DNA of 64,000 nucleotides, taken from the IMG/VR virus record IMGVR_UViG_3300045125_000040, positions 64,001 to 128,000 of that record. One strand, given 5' to 3'. Within the stretch, counting starts at the first letter, position 1; every line of letters begins with the position of its first letter. The notes beneath the pieces are model-generated. The model made no database searches. It was not told the origin of the DNA and saw only the letters and a program-made list of their open reading frames with translations. Made by a program: the position numbers and the translations under genes. This document shows, piece by piece, positions 62,172 to 64,000 of the stretch. The DNA is from a virus.

Positions 62172-62873
62172 TTATTTAGTTTTTACATAACTGGCTTTGA
62201 TATTCTTCTTTTCAAGAACTTCAAATCCATTAGCGAATAGATAATCCTTTTCAATCATATCATGATCATACATCCAGATATCATCAAATACCCATACAGC
62301 ACCAATTGGAGACTTTAAGGAAAAGAAAGAAATTTCTGTAATAACTGCTTCATTTGTATGAGGACCATCATAGAAAACAAAAGCATATTCATTTACAAGC
62401 TTCTTTTCTTCATCATATACTGGAACACCAGTTGAATAACGATTAAAGAATTCAGTGTCTTCCAAACAGAAGAATGTAAAATTTAATCCTGCATTATATG
62501 CATAATAATATAGAGAAGGAATAATACGATTTCTCATATCATTTGTATAATCAAATTTTGTAGGGAACTTTACGTCTTTTGACATAGGATCGCCCTCTAC
62601 TTCATACTTACCCGGATAATGAATAGAGGCATTAATGTTTGTAATATCAAGATCAATATTACCATATGGATCAATACAGAACATCGCACGATTGTTGTTA
62701 TGTGTATTGACCAATGTATCAATAATCATCTTAGCAGAACCACCACGACGAGTACCAATTTCCACAATAGCGCCTGGTGTATGTCCAACATGAGCTACTG
62801 CATTTACAAGAATTTCATATTCCTGTGAATCAACAGCAAAAACTTCTTCATCACTAAACCTAATAATAGCCAT
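62172..62873 (-). CDS. Class I SAM-dependent methyltransferase (TylF/Methyltransf_24-like)
   Basis: IVEIGTRRGGS; IDPYG; FYDGPH; VFDD. Confidence 0.78.
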   Translation of the reverse strand: MAIIRFSDEEVFAVDSQEYEILVNAVAHVGHTPGAIVEIGTRRGGSAKMIIDTLVNTHNNNRAMFCIDPYGNIDLDITNINASIHYPGKYEVEGDPMSKDVKFPTKFDYTNDMRNRIIPSLYYYAYNAGLNFTFFCLEDTEFFNRYSTGVPVYDEEKKLVNEYAFVFYDGPHTNEAVITEISFFSLKSPIGAVWVFDDIWMYDHDMIEKDYLFANGFEVLEKKNIKASYVKTK

Positions 62874-62874
62874 T

Positions 62875-63114
62875 TCAACCTCCGTATAAAATTTTAATCA
62901 TACCAACCAGATATATCAATAATACCACAGATTGTATAATTGTCAACGATAGTTTTTTCCAATGTAATGCCATGAGAAACCATAAGAAATTTCCTATAAC
63001 ACTCATATATATGTTAGCTGGATATAGATTCCATGATGTTAGAGCAACGCCTAACATCAATGTTATTGTTGCAGCCCACTCAATAAAAGTCCACCACTTG
63101 GTCTGCGATTCCAT
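62875..63114 (-). CDS. Small membrane protein
   Basis: Three hydrophobic segments; W.AT...G..LT..N.YP.N. Confidence 0.6.
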   Translation of the reverse strand: MESQTKWWTFIEWAATITLMLGVALTSWNLYPANIYMSVIGNFLWFLMALHWKKLSLTIIQSVVLLIYLVGMIKILYGG

Positions 63115-63646
63115 ATTTTATTGCCTCTCTGGATGTGAGCCAAATATCTTCTGCAGGTAGTAGATATTTTTTAATAGTTGCTTCTGATTGACCAGTACAA
63201 CGCTTATAATGGTCAATAATTCTACGACTCGTATTATTGAACTCTTTTACTGATGCCATAAGTTCATGTTCTTTACCAATTGAACCCCAAGAGAATTGGT
63301 GAGAAAGAATGGCGGTATTACGAGTAATGAACCTCTTTCCTTTTTGTCCTGCCATAAACGTAAGTAAACCACAAGAAGCAATTTCACCCAAACCATAGGT
63401 ATACACCGGAATCTTAGAGCCTTTGATAGTATCAATGAGAGCAAATGCTGCTGGAACTGAACCACCAGGTGAATTAATAATCATTTTGATTTGTTTTGGT
63501 TTATCCTTGCTAGTCATTAGATTTCTTGCAAGGATGAATGTCATAGCATCTGAACAGGAACTATTATTAAAATCTTGTGAGAAAATATAATAATGATGTT
63601 CATCTAGGCTTGGAACTGGTTTATCTTCTTCTTTTACATTAATCAA
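63080..63646 (-). CDS. ClpP-like protease
   Basis: INSPGGSV; G..ASCG; HQ; D.WL...EA..YG.AD. Confidence 0.88.
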   Translation of the reverse strand: MINVKEEDKPVPSLDEHHYYIFSQDFNNSSCSDAMTFILARNLMTSKDKPKQIKMIINSPGGSVPAAFALIDTIKGSKIPVYTYGLGEIASCGLLTFMAGQKGKRFITRNTAILSHQFSWGSIGKEHELMASVKEFNNTSRRIIDHYKRCTGQSEATIKKYLLPAEDIWLTSREAIKYGIADQVVDFY

Positions 63647-63661
63647 TTATGCCTCCATGAT

Positions 63662-63691
63662 AAAAAGGGTGGCACGGACCTGCCACCCTTT
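63662..63691 (-). terminator. Rho-independent terminator
   Basis: AAAGGGTGGCA/TGCCACCCTTT inverted repeat with T run on the minus strand. Confidence 0.75.
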
Positions 63692-63697
63692 ACTTAG

Positions 63698-64000
63698 TTA
63701 TCTCTGAATGTGCATGTGGTTAAAGTGACCAGCAACACGCCAGAGGACTGTATAACCTGCTCGTCGGGCAGATGCCGCAATGCGGTCAAACTTACCTCCA
63801 TAAGCAGAATGTGCTTCATTCACGCCACGACCAACATTAATGTCAATCGCACGACCAGCATAATGCGCCCAACCATGATGAACATGGTGAACACCACCGA
63901 ATGCTGGATGTTCGGACACTCTTAGTCCCATATTCTGAAGCATATGTCCATATGATACAATAGATTTTGACATAGGTCCAGAATAGTTGTGAGTGTAAGT
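63698..64000 (-). CDS. Peptidase M15/Hedgehog-DD-peptidase-fold protein (possible cell-wall hydrolase); may begin beyond window
   Basis: HYAGRAID (H-x6-D) and HMH zinc motifs. Confidence 0.65.
   Translation of the reverse strand, partial: TYTHNYSGPMSKSIVSYGHMLQNMGLRVSEHPAFGGVHHVHHGWAHYAGRAIDINVGRGVNEAHSAYGGKFDRIAASARRAGYTVLWRVAGHFNHMHIQR

Noticed and set aside
503-63925. Numerous short opposite-strand or alternate-frame ORFs in the track (e.g. 503-703, 3658-3939, 12922-13143, 25971-26414, 62619-62828)
   Set aside because: They shadow well-supported genes, lack recognisable motifs, and reflect codon bias
1-64000. Stop-codon reassignment
   Set aside because: Gene breaks are frame changes rather than in-frame stops; TAA, TGA and TAG all end genes (gp23 ends in TAG); no suppressor tRNA seen
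1-64000. CRISPR array, rRNA, integrase or group I intron
   Set aside because: No regularly spaced short repeats, rRNA or recombinase motifs were seen; the endonucleases lie between genes rather than inside them

Overview
This is a 64-kb segment of a large, AT-rich T4-like myovirus genome. A host in the Alphaproteobacteria (Rhizobiales-like) is a tentative inference from two small secreted proteins and the gene complement. Layout: (1) 1-18.4 kb is an array of Asn/Thr/Ser/Gly-rich tail-fibre/adhesin genes with lectin (PA14, LamG) and Gly-rich tips, interrupted by a heme oxygenase. (2) 18.4-35.9 kb is the T4 core structural block (gp13-gp23, gp3) with three free-standing homing endonucleases. 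(3) 35.9-49.8 kb holds uvsY, intein-containing uvsW, gp55, gp47, gp46, auxiliary genes, gp45, gp44, gp62 and regA. (4) 51-52.7 kb is a tRNA cluster with a tRNA-like element and three unexplained structured non-coding segments. (5) 53-64 kb (minus strand) holds an exonuclease, phoH, RNase H, a heptose-biosynthesis/glycosyltransferase/methyltransferase cluster, SAM decarboxylase, glutaredoxin, a ClpP-like protease and an M15-type peptidase. Many essential genes are broken by single-base indels, which I treat as long-read sequencing errors; coordinates span the reconstructed genes. The most notable signal is a high density of N-X-S/T sequons in exposed virion proteins, including a capsid-protein loop. 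Together with a phage-encoded heptose/glycosyltransferase/O-methyltransferase pathway, this suggests a candidate phage virion (N-)glycosylation system (hypothesis). All family assignments are from motif recognition, not database searches.
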